Shown here piece by piece: positions 1-8,391 of a stretch of 64,000 nucleotides of DNA. The translations under genes and the position numbers were made by a program. The DNA comes from Gammaproteobacteria bacterium (GTDB taxonomy: Bacteria; Pseudomonadota; Gammaproteobacteria; UBA4575). The stretch is from NCBI GenBank assembly GCA_965221955.1, contig CBDCTA010000022.1, positions 96,001 through 160,000 on the forward strand. Direction: 5' to 3'. The stretch's first letter is position 1, and each line of letters begins with the position of its first letter. The notes beneath the pieces are model-generated. The model searched no databases, was not told the DNA's origin, and saw only the letters and a list, made by a program, of their open reading frames with translations.

Positions 1-84
1 ACGCGCAGCATCTTGGTAGTTGATCCATTCCATTGGCATACCGGACACATCCGTGCGTAGTACTTGTAGACCGAGATCAATCAC
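1..84 (-). CDS. HNH endonuclease family protein, N-terminus (truncated by window edge)
   Basis: Manual translation from GTG at 84: MIDLGLQVLRTDVSGMPMEWINYQDAAR, resembling the 'LRTDxxGMPxEW' N-terminus of proteobacterial HNH proteins; only 28 codons visible. Confidence 0.55.
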   Translation of the reverse strand, partial: MIDLGLQVLRTDVSGMPMEWINYQDAAR

Positions 85-222
85 TACGTTTATTCCAACG
101 ATAATCCTAGGTTGCTGACTTTATAGGTAAACCCCAAGACATTGCAATTAGAGATTTGACCATAGCAATGCTACAAAATTCTTAAAACCCTTGGAATACT
201 GTGCAATTAGGGAAGTGGTTGC

Positions 223-1197
223 TTAATGTGAAGTTTGATTACCACCTTCGCTGATAGCTCGATCGAGTGCTGCTTGAGTGCGAGCAATTAATAAATCTGC
301 ATAATCCTCTTCTGCCATTTCAGCAATACCTATGGAAATCGTAAACGTTTCATTCAATTTTTGATCCCCAAGCACTAATTTACTTACTGCTTCATGCAAG
401 CGTTTTGCAACAATTTCAGCCTGTGTTTCATCTGTGCCGATCAGGATTAGAGCAATACAATTTTCATTGAACTTTACCGCCATATCCATACCACGCAGCC
501 CAATTTGCACTGCATTGGCAACCGCTTGATATATTTTCTCTGCCGAGTAGTCACCATACGATTGAACGAAATTATCATAGCGATCGATCTTTAAAATCAT
601 AATGGATAAAGCACGATTGCGCATTGCGCAACGTGTCATTTCATATGGAAGCGTTTCTTTCATCCATTGCTGGTTATACAAACCTGTGGCTTGATCTTTC
701 TCAGCCTTAATTTTGCTACGAGCTTCTTCATGCAAACGTTGGTAAAGCATACGGTTTAAATCCAACATGCGTTTAACAAAAAGATTCATTAAATTTTTTG
801 CAAAATTTACATCGCTAGAGACAAACTCCCACAAGAGCTCTTCGGGAATCTCTAATACTTTGCATTTTGATTGTGCAATCACAAAAGCGCTGGTGGGCTG
901 ACCACTAATGACAGACATCTCACCAACCGTGTCACCAGGATTTAGGGTTACTACCGCAGAGACATCTTCTTGCAAATGCATGCCTAAGTGCCCATCAACA
1001 ATGACATACATGGAATGGTTGTCCTGGTCCTTATAGAGAAGCATCTCACCAGGGTTTAAGGTTTTACTTGTGCATTGAACCAACAGGCCAGAACATTGCT
1101 CTAGGTCCACAGAGCCAAACAAACCAAGGCGTGAAAGGGTTGATAATTGACGTGTATCGCCAGGTGCTATCGTCATAAAGCAAATTGCGCAGGTCAA
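223..1197 (-). CDS. cNMP-binding domain + degenerate GGDEF domain protein
   Basis: N-terminal cNMP fold (LNPGDTVGEMSVISGQPTSA); C-terminal DQATGLYN...RGMD-MAVKF-NENCI...TISIGIAE...ALDRAISEGGN; ATG at 1176 is an alternative start. Confidence 0.85.
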   Translation of the reverse strand: MTCAICFMTIAPGDTRQLSTLSRLGLFGSVDLEQCSGLLVQCTSKTLNPGEMLLYKDQDNHSMYVIVDGHLGMHLQEDVSAVVTLNPGDTVGEMSVISGQPTSAFVIAQSKCKVLEIPEELLWEFVSSDVNFAKNLMNLFVKRMLDLNRMLYQRLHEEARSKIKAEKDQATGLYNQQWMKETLPYEMTRCAMRNRALSIMILKIDRYDNFVQSYGDYSAEKIYQAVANAVQIGLRGMDMAVKFNENCIALILIGTDETQAEIVAKRLHEAVSKLVLGDQKLNETFTISIGIAEMAEEDYADLLIARTQAALDRAISEGGNQTSH

Positions 1198-1323
1198 AAA
1201 TATACTTTATCCCAATGTCATGAAATATAAAACTCAAATTTACATTGAGTCTCAATTTGATATCGAAACCTGGCTCTCAACTGACAGATCATCGGTTTAA
1301 CAATGAATTAAACAGTTATGGGT

Positions 1324-1818
1324 TTATTGGTCCTTGTGCCAGTTATTATTTTTCTTTTTCCGCTTATGCTTGAATTTATCCTTATTCTTTTTACGAAATT
1401 CTTTACGTTCTTCCGGGGACATGCTTTGCCATTTTTCGCGTAATTTTTGACGCTTTTCAGGAGGTAAATCTTTAAACCATTTATAGCGCTCACGAATTTT
1501 TTTTTGCTTTTCCGGTGGCAACTGTTCAAATTTGTGGAAACGTTCGCGAACTTTTTGTTTTTCGCTTTCATCAAGAGATTTCCATCTCTCCATACGGTGC
1601 TTAGCTTTTTCCCGTTGCGAAGGCGTCATGTTTTGCCAACGTTCAGCACCACGTGAAAGCTTCTTTTGTTGTTGTGGAGATAATTCCTGCCAACGATTCT
1701 CATATTTCTTTAATACTCGTTGTTGTTCTGAATTCAAATTCTCCCACTCAATACCTTCTTGTGCTTGCACAGACACACAAAGCAAAAGTAAAAATAAGAA
1801 AGTGAAATATTTATTCAT
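1324..1818 (-). CDS. DUF3106-type periplasmic helical-repeat protein
   Basis: Signal peptide, repeated W/F-xx-L-(S/P)-P-E-(Q/K)-(R/Q) helices; last gene of the ECF operon. Confidence 0.8.
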   Translation of the reverse strand: MNKYFTFLFLLLLCVSVQAQEGIEWENLNSEQQRVLKKYENRWQELSPQQQKKLSRGAERWQNMTPSQREKAKHRMERWKSLDESEKQKVRERFHKFEQLPPEKQKKIRERYKWFKDLPPEKRQKLREKWQSMSPEERKEFRKKNKDKFKHKRKKKNNNWHKDQ

Positions 1819-2035
1819 ATTCTGTATCAGTTACATATTTTTCATCAGCTTCATCAATTGTAGAAAGAAAAATATCAAACCATTCATCTTCATCAGCTTC
1901 TATAGAACCTAAAACTTCTAAAAACTCTTCATCAACGTCATCATCAATACTCTCAGATGTCTCATCCGTTTCAGCATAGACATGCTGCAACATCAATATT
2001 AAACACAAACTGCTCGCACATTTAGCCAGTGACAT
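1811..2035 (-). CDS. small acidic exported protein of the ECF operon
   Basis: Signal peptide (VYA-E), highly acidic DEEFLEVLG segment; overlaps both neighbours. Confidence 0.65.
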   Translation of the reverse strand: MSLAKCASSLCLILMLQHVYAETDETSESIDDDVDEEFLEVLGSIEADEDEWFDIFLSTIDEADEKYVTDTEYE

Positions 2036-2375
2036 CTTCTTCTACTAACCAAGTGTAGAATTCTAGTTCTTCATATAACTCTAAGGTGTCTTGTACAGCA
2101 ATCAGCTCCATCGCCTCAACACTTTCACTTTCTAACGGTTGGTTAAGTTGTGTATTAACTATAATGACCGCAAGCAATATCGAAAAAGCAGTTGCTGCTG
2201 CAACTATGAATTTAGGAAATGCGAATTTTTTAGGTGCTTTTGCAAGTGCTTGCTGTCGAGCAGCAATAATGCGCTGACTGGTTTCAGCATCGATCCGTTT
2301 CACAGAATCATCTAAAGCTTCACAAACTTTTGAAACCAGTTCCTCATCTTTCACATTTTGTTCATCTGTACTCAT
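2022..2375 (-). CDS. putative anti-sigma factor (DUF3619-like)
   Basis: LDDS...RIIAARQQALA N-terminus, single TM, C-terminal LYEELEFYTWL; overlaps the sigma stop codon. Confidence 0.75.
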   Translation of the reverse strand: MSTDEQNVKDEELVSKVCEALDDSVKRIDAETSQRIIAARQQALAKAPKKFAFPKFIVAAATAFSILLAVIIVNTQLNQPLESESVEAMELIAVQDTLELYEELEFYTWLVEEDVTG

Positions 2376-2914
2376 AAGCTTTCCTGTAATTGTTCACGTA
2401 AAAAATGCACTGCTCTTGAATAATGTGTTTTCACGCTACCTTGCGAACAGTTCATGACCTTCGCGGTTTCCGCTACATCCATACCTTCCCAAGCACGCAA
2501 TAAAAAAGCCTGCCTTTGTCGTGGTGATAACTGCTGAATAAAATGGTCGGTTTTTTCAACAGAATCTTGTAAATCTGCTACAGCACTCGGACTTAGCCCA
2601 TCACTGGCTGCATGTTGTATTGGATCATAAGGTTCTTCTTCATCGCCTTTGTTAGTAAACCAAACTCGCCATCGGCTTTGCGTGGTGTTTTTACGATGAA
2701 AATCCATAATGCGATTATTCAAAATACGATAAAACAACGGCGCCCATTGGTCCGCAGATTTTTTTGCATATTTGCTAGCTAATTGCATCATTGCATCCTG
2801 CACTATGTCTAAAGCATCCTCTCTATTTCTCGTAGATAGTTCCGCCATGCGAAAAGCACGGCGTTCCACCTTAATGAGGAACTCTTCAAGCTGCTGTGGC
2901 TGTGTCGAATTCAA
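2372..2914 (-). CDS. ECF RNA polymerase sigma factor
   Basis: Region 2 DALDIVQDAM...FYRILNNRIMDFHRK; region 4 LSPRQRQAFLLRAWEG...GSVKTHYSRA; TTG start with GAGGG SD. Confidence 0.93.
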   Translation of the reverse strand: MNSTQPQQLEEFLIKVERRAFRMAELSTRNREDALDIVQDAMMQLASKYAKKSADQWAPLFYRILNNRIMDFHRKNTTQSRWRVWFTNKGDEEEPYDPIQHAASDGLSPSAVADLQDSVEKTDHFIQQLSPRQRQAFLLRAWEGMDVAETAKVMNCSQGSVKTHYSRAVHFLREQLQESL

Positions 2915-2978
2915 ACTTCCCTCACTTGTTCAGCAACTTTTCATTAACCCCTTGGCATAATGCCCTTACAATACTAAT

Positions 2979-3004
2979 AACGTAAAAGTACCTATTTGGT
3001 TGAC
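2979..3004 (-). promoter_or_regulatory. putative autoregulatory ECF promoter (GTCAAC-N16-CGTT)
   Basis: Minus strand GTCAACCAAATAGGTACTTTTACGTT fits the generic ECF AAC-N16-CGT pattern, ~65 bp upstream of the sigma gene. Confidence 0.5.
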
Positions 3005-3217
3005 ACTGCCTATACCGCAATAAACACCAGATAGTTAACAATGTTAATGTAATTTATTCACATTATCCGTTAATTTGAAAACTTCTCAGCAAGAGATGGC
3101 TATATCCAAATAAGTACAAAATTTAACCATATTTATCAGTAACTTAAATAAAGATTACCTGAGAAATGTTCCTCAAGTAGCCTATTAAATCATCAATTTT
3201 CCCGTTTTCATGCAGTT

Positions 3218-3238
3218 TTATCCACAGAGTTATCCACA
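3218..3238 (+). promoter_or_regulatory. two tandem perfect DnaA boxes
   Basis: TTATCCACA-GAG-TTATCCACA ending 3 nt before the priA ATG. Confidence 0.75.
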
Positions 3239-3241
3239 TTC

Positions 3242-5443
3242 ATGAGTCCTTCTCACATTATCGTGGTCGCTCTGCCAGTACCGCTATATCAACAATTTGA
3301 TTATCTCCCGGTAAAAACCCAAGTTAGGACTGATTACAAAGTCGGCACTCGTGTGCGAGTTCAATTCGGTCAACGCAAGCTGATCGGCTTGATCGTTGGA
3401 AAATCAGCCAAAAGTGCTATACCTAGAAGCAAGCTAAAACACATTATTGAAGTCTTAGATGATCAGCCCGTATTTGATTCCCAATTATTAGATTTATTGT
3501 TTTGGGCCGCTGAGTATTATCAGCAGCCCATAGGTGAGGTTTTATTCACCGCACTGCCCTCAGTTTTGCGCAAAGGTAAATACATCACACCTGTAACGAA
3601 TACACTATATCGATTAATTGCAGATCAAAACATTGATGAACAATTAAATCGTGCGCCTAAGCAACGTCAAATTGTTGAGTTATTAATATCGACTCAACAC
3701 GGCCTTACAGCAGATGATATTGATAAGTCTATAACAGCTTGGCACAGTGCAATGAAAGCGCTTATCAATAAAAACTTAGTGCAAAAAGTGCAACAAGAGA
3801 ATATTGAGGAAGTTAATCACAAGCCGATAAAGACCCTAAAACTAAACACAGAGCAACAACAAGCTTTTGATGATTTAAAAAACAAGTTAAATATATTTAA
3901 TTGTTGTCTTTTAGATGGTGTTACTGGAAGTGGAAAGACCGAAGTCTATGTATCACTGGCAAAAGAGGTTTTAGAAAATAACAAACAAATCCTATTTTTA
4001 GTTCCTGAAATTGGTCTTACTCCACAGCTCGTGCAACGAATTGAAACACGCTTAGGCAGTAAAGTGTATTTAATGCATTCAGGGTTAAATGATACGCAAC
4101 GTGCACAAACCTGGCTAGCCACAAAAACTACAAAAGCAAAAATTATTGTAGGAACACGCTCCGCAATATTTTTACCTTTCACTGAATTAGGTTTAATCAT
4201 TATTGATGAAGAACATGATTTATCCTTCAAACAACATGAAGGATTTCTTTACAATGCACGCGATATTGCAATTTATCGTGCTAAACAACTCTCCATTCCT
4301 ATTATTCTAGGTTCTGCAACCCCTTCATTTGAAACTCAACTAAATGTTGAAAAAAATCGCTATCAAAAACTAGTGCTGACAGAACGTGCTACAGAATCAA
4401 ATGTTCCAGATATAAAATTAATTGATATGCGCTCCAAGGCATCTGTCGATGGACTCTCGAATGAATTGATTCAAGCCATGCAAACAGAGCTTGGTAACAA
4501 CCATCAAATATTATTATTTTTAAACCGACGAGGTTATGCACCAACAATACTTTGTCAAGACTGCGCATGGGTAGCAGAATGTTCACGCTGCGATGCGCGA
4601 ATGACTTTTTATAAGCAGAGAAATATCCTTAAATGTCATCATTGCCTAAAAGAACAAAAACTACCAGAGCAATGTCCTCAATGTAGTGCGAGCAACTTGT
4701 TATGGTTAGGTGAAGGCACACAACGTATTGAGAATAAATTACAGGAAATTTTTCCAGATGTTGCGATTACACGCATTGATCGTGATAGCACACGCAAAAA
4801 AGATGCCTTGACCGAAAGATTGACTGAAGTCCACGAAGGCAAGTATCAGATTATTATTGGTACTCAAATGCTTTCAAAAGGACATGATTTTCCCAACGTA
4901 ACTTTAGTTGGGATCTTAAATGTTGATCATGGCTTATTTAGTACAGATTTTCGTGCCACGGAACGTTTAGCACAATTATTAGTTCAAGTAGCGGGTCGAG
5001 CCGGACGAAGTAGTAAAAAAGGTAGAGTCTTGTTGCAGACCTATTTACCCGAACACCCCTTACTAAATTGTCTGTTATCACAGGGCTATACAGCATTTAG
5101 CAAAGAGGCTTTGAAAATCCGCCAGGAATGTGCACTCCCCCCTTATACCTCCATGCTGATGGTTCGCGCACGCGCGAATAAGCAAAATCTAACAGATAAT
5201 TTTTTACAAAAAGTGAAAACTATAATTACGAAAGAAAGTATCCAAAATTTAACCGTATATGGACCTATCCCTGCAATGATGGAACGCAAAGCCGGAATGT
5301 ACCAAAGTCAATTGATTTTATTTGCTAAACATAGAAAAACCCTGCAACAGAACTTGAATAACTGGACTGAAAAAATCAGTCTTCAACCTTCCGCAAAACG
5401 AGTGCGATGGGATATTGAAGTCGATCCCCTAGAAATGAACTAG
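3242..5443 (+). CDS. priA: primosomal protein N' (replication restart helicase)
   Basis: GVTGSGKTEVY, DEEHD, CxxC zinc motifs, QVAGRAGR, C-terminal DVDP-like EVDP. Confidence 0.98.
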   Translation: MSPSHIIVVALPVPLYQQFDYLPVKTQVRTDYKVGTRVRVQFGQRKLIGLIVGKSAKSAIPRSKLKHIIEVLDDQPVFDSQLLDLLFWAAEYYQQPIGEVLFTALPSVLRKGKYITPVTNTLYRLIADQNIDEQLNRAPKQRQIVELLISTQHGLTADDIDKSITAWHSAMKALINKNLVQKVQQENIEEVNHKPIKTLKLNTEQQQAFDDLKNKLNIFNCCLLDGVTGSGKTEVYVSLAKEVLENNKQILFLVPEIGLTPQLVQRIETRLGSKVYLMHSGLNDTQRAQTWLATKTTKAKIIVGTRSAIFLPFTELGLIIIDEEHDLSFKQHEGFLYNARDIAIYRAKQLSIPIILGSATPSFETQLNVEKNRYQKLVLTERATESNVPDIKLIDMRSKASVDGLSNELIQAMQTELGNNHQILLFLNRRGYAPTILCQDCAWVAECSRCDARMTFYKQRNILKCHHCLKEQKLPEQCPQCSASNLLWLGEGTQRIENKLQEIFPDVAITRIDRDSTRKKDALTERLTEVHEGKYQIIIGTQMLSKGHDFPNVTLVGILNVDHGLFSTDFRATERLAQLLVQVAGRAGRSSKKGRVLLQTYLPEHPLLNCLLSQGYTAFSKEALKIRQECALPPYTSMLMVRARANKQNLTDNFLQKVKTIITKESIQNLTVYGPIPAMMERKAGMYQSQLILFAKHRKTLQQNLNNWTEKISLQPSAKRVRWDIEVDPLEMN

Positions 5444-5541
5444 AAGGGAATGAAACAAGGAAATCTATTTCATTTCAGACCAGGTAAAAAAGAAAAAATT
5501 TCAGTACAATGCTACGCCTTTTAGGCCTCATACATATCTAA

Positions 5542-7302
5542 ATGCAAGAACAAATAGCAAATTTGGTAAGTGCTGCAATTAATAACTTGCAGGGATCTGG
5601 AGAAATTCCTCAAGACTTGAATGTTGACGTTCGTATAGCACGCAGCAAAGATAAAGCGCATGGGGATTTTGCTTGTAACATTGCGATGCAATTAGCTAAA
5701 CCAGCAAATTTACTACCTAGGCAGTTAGCCGAGATGCTGGTCGCTAATCTTCCTGAAGATGCAATCATCACCAAAGTCGAAATAGCAGGCCCTGGATTCC
5801 TCAACTTTTATGTCAATGAAAACGTACATGCCGAAGTTTTAGATAGCATTCTGCAACAAGATCAAAACTATGGACTGTCACAGAAATATAAAAATGAAAA
5901 AGTTCAAATTGAATTTGTATCAGCCAACCCAACGGGGCCTTTACATGTCGGGCATGGTCGTGGCGCTGCGTATGGTGCAACCATTGCTAACTTACTGGCC
6001 GCGGTGGGCTATGAAGTGCAACGTGAATACTATGTAAACGATGCAGGCCGTCAAATTGATATCTTGACCACATCTGTTTGGTTACGCTATTTAGAACTTT
6101 GTGACGAAAAATTTAGTTTCCCTGTTAACGCTTATCAAGGTGATTATATTTGGGATATTGCAGCCACATTACATCGTCAACATGCGGATAAATTTCTTCA
6201 TGCTACTCAAAAATGGATGAATGACTTGCCTGCCGACGAACCACAAGGTGGCGATAAAGAAATCTATATTGATGCCATTATCAGCAAAGCAAAATCTTTA
6301 CTTGGGGATGATGGCTACGATGTGTTTTCTAGATGTGCATTAGACACCATCACTAATGACATTAAAGATGATCTAGAACTATTTGGTGTGCACTATGACA
6401 ATTGGTACTCAGAAAAATCATTAGTCAGTAACAACAAGGTGCATGAAGCACTCAATATGCTAGATAAAAACAGGCACACCTATCATAAAGATGGTGCGCT
6501 TTGGTTTCGTAGCACAGAATTTGGTGATGAAAAAGATAGAGTGTTAGTACGAGAAAATGGCACCCACACTTACTTTGCGTCAGACATCGCCTATCACTTG
6601 GATAAATATAATCGTGGTTTTGATCGACTCATTAATATTTGGGGTGCTGACCATCATGGCTATATCAAACGCATTAAAGCCGCAGTTGAAGCGCTTGGTA
6701 AAGATGCAAGGTGTTTAGATATACCGCTAGTACAATTTGCCAATTTATATAAAGGTGGTGAAAAACTTGCTATGTCTACACGTTCAGGTGAATTTATCAC
6801 CTTGCGTGAACTGCGCAAGCAAGTAGGCAAAGATGCGGCCCGCTTTTTCTACGTAATGCGCAAACACGAACAGCACTTGGACTTTGATTTAGATTTGGCT
6901 ACTTCGCAATCGAAAGACAATCCTGTTTATTATGTGCAATACGCGCATGCAAGAATATGCAGTATTTTTGAGCAAGCAGGTATTGATATGTCAGACCAGT
7001 CCATTTTAGATGCTGACAATTCGCTGTTATCAAATGAATACGAAAAAAATATTTTGAAACTATTAAGCCAATTTACTGAAAACATTTTATCCTCTGCAGA
7101 AAAACTTTCTCCACATATTTTGGTAAATTATTTACGTGATGTGGCAAACGCATTTCATAGTTTTTATAATGAGAAAGAGAATCAAGTGTTGGTCGACGAC
7201 GTTTCCTTACGTAATGCTAGATTAAAATTAATCTATGCTACTAAGATAGTGCTCTATAATGGACTAAAGCTGCTTGATGTTAGCGCACCACAGAAAATGT
7301 AA
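5542..7302 (+). CDS. argS: arginine--tRNA ligase
   Basis: EFVSANPTGPLHVGHGRGA, WGADHHGY, MSTRSG, YYVQYAHARICS. Confidence 0.98.
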   Translation: MQEQIANLVSAAINNLQGSGEIPQDLNVDVRIARSKDKAHGDFACNIAMQLAKPANLLPRQLAEMLVANLPEDAIITKVEIAGPGFLNFYVNENVHAEVLDSILQQDQNYGLSQKYKNEKVQIEFVSANPTGPLHVGHGRGAAYGATIANLLAAVGYEVQREYYVNDAGRQIDILTTSVWLRYLELCDEKFSFPVNAYQGDYIWDIAATLHRQHADKFLHATQKWMNDLPADEPQGGDKEIYIDAIISKAKSLLGDDGYDVFSRCALDTITNDIKDDLELFGVHYDNWYSEKSLVSNNKVHEALNMLDKNRHTYHKDGALWFRSTEFGDEKDRVLVRENGTHTYFASDIAYHLDKYNRGFDRLINIWGADHHGYIKRIKAAVEALGKDARCLDIPLVQFANLYKGGEKLAMSTRSGEFITLRELRKQVGKDAARFFYVMRKHEQHLDFDLDLATSQSKDNPVYYVQYAHARICSIFEQAGIDMSDQSILDADNSLLSNEYEKNILKLLSQFTENILSSAEKLSPHILVNYLRDVANAFHSFYNEKENQVLVDDVSLRNARLKLIYATKIVLYNGLKLLDVSAPQKM

Positions 7303-7325
7303 ATAAGTAGATATAGTAATAACGA

Positions 7326-7868
7326 ATGGCTCGTAGAAAAAAACGCTCTTCAGCAAAATCATCCAGCATTATTCCAGCTTGGATATGGTTAACACTGGGT
7401 ATTTTAATTGGTCTAGGTATTGCAATGTTTACCCGATCAAATGGGCGACATGCTATAGATCCGCATGCGACCTCACCAAACCAATCTTCAGTCACAACTG
7501 AACCTACTACTAAACAAAAGTTTGATTTCTATACCTTGTTACCCGAACTTGAGATAGTCATCCCGCAAGAAGAAACTCAGCCGCCAAAACAAAAACCCAA
7601 CACCATCACTGCTCAACAACAGTCAGAGTACAAAGGTGGATATTTACTGCAAGCGGGTTCGTTCCAACAATTCAATGAAGCGGATAGTTTAAAAGCTCGT
7701 TTAGCCTTGATTGGAGTAGAAGCTAATATTCAGTCAGTAGAAGTTAACAAGACTAAATGGCATCGCGTGCAAATTGGGCCCTCTAATGATCGCACTTCAC
7801 TAGAAGCATTACGTAAACGCTTAAAAGCAAGTCAGATCGATACTATTTTATTACAAGCGAAGAAGTAA
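7326..7868 (+). CDS. SPOR domain cell-division protein (FtsN-like)
   Basis: N-terminal TM, FDFYTLLP motif, C-terminal SPOR (YLLQAGSF...WHRVQIGP); follows argS. Confidence 0.9.
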   Translation: MARRKKRSSAKSSSIIPAWIWLTLGILIGLGIAMFTRSNGRHAIDPHATSPNQSSVTTEPTTKQKFDFYTLLPELEIVIPQEETQPPKQKPNTITAQQQSEYKGGYLLQAGSFQQFNEADSLKARLALIGVEANIQSVEVNKTKWHRVQIGPSNDRTSLEALRKRLKASQIDTILLQAKK

Positions 7869-7872
7869 ACGC

Positions 7873-8370
7873 CTATTGCTCTTTTTGTTGTTCAATAATT
7901 TGATACGCAACATTTGTTTCTTCTTTATCAGGCAACTCTGGTCCCGATACGCCTAAGATTTCAAAACTATTGTAGTTTTCGGCCTGAACTACTATACGAG
8001 CTAACAACTCGTTCGCAGCTAAGCGTAGTTCATTGATTTTATCGTACTCAACACTGAATACTGGCTGATATTTTTTAACTCTCCACTCAGAAAAATATAT
8101 TGTTTTATCTGTGCAGATAAAAACACCCTTACGTGATTTCTTTCCTGCTGGTAAAAATTTAAAGCCATTTTTATTTGGATACCAGATTGCTCTACTGTAA
8201 AAAATAACCTCTTGTTGATTATCTGTGATGCTTTCCAAAAAAGTATTTTGAAAGTTTTCATCTCGCACAGGACCATACGTTGGATTATTTGTGCCTACAC
8301 ATGCAAATAAAAATATTATAAGTATTAGAATGAACGGCCCTATGAAATAAGGTTGATAATTTTTTAGCAT
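7873..8370 (-). CDS. hypothetical lipoprotein
   Basis: Hydrophobic signal with LFAC lipobox-like site; 165 aa. Confidence 0.65.
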   Translation of the reverse strand: MLKNYQPYFIGPFILILIIFLFACVGTNNPTYGPVRDENFQNTFLESITDNQQEVIFYSRAIWYPNKNGFKFLPAGKKSRKGVFICTDKTIYFSEWRVKKYQPVFSVEYDKINELRLAANELLARIVVQAENYNSFEILGVSGPELPDKEETNVAYQIIEQQKEQ

Positions 8371-8391
8371 TTTACTGTTCTGGTTATACTT

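Noticed and set aside
122-139. TATAGG-N6-CCAAGA resembling the box at 13827 (also TATAGGCCATT near 52392)
   Set aside because: Too degenerate to define a regulon motif without a statistical scan
1324-1818. Repetitive DNA suggesting CRISPR or tandem repeat
   Set aside because: Repetition is at protein level (DUF3106 helices); no identical spaced DNA repeats, and no CRISPR array, tRNA or rRNA recognised in the window
3020-3241. oriC at the DnaA boxes
   Set aside because: Only two boxes, no clear DUE repeats or GATC cluster, and no dnaA/gidA neighbours
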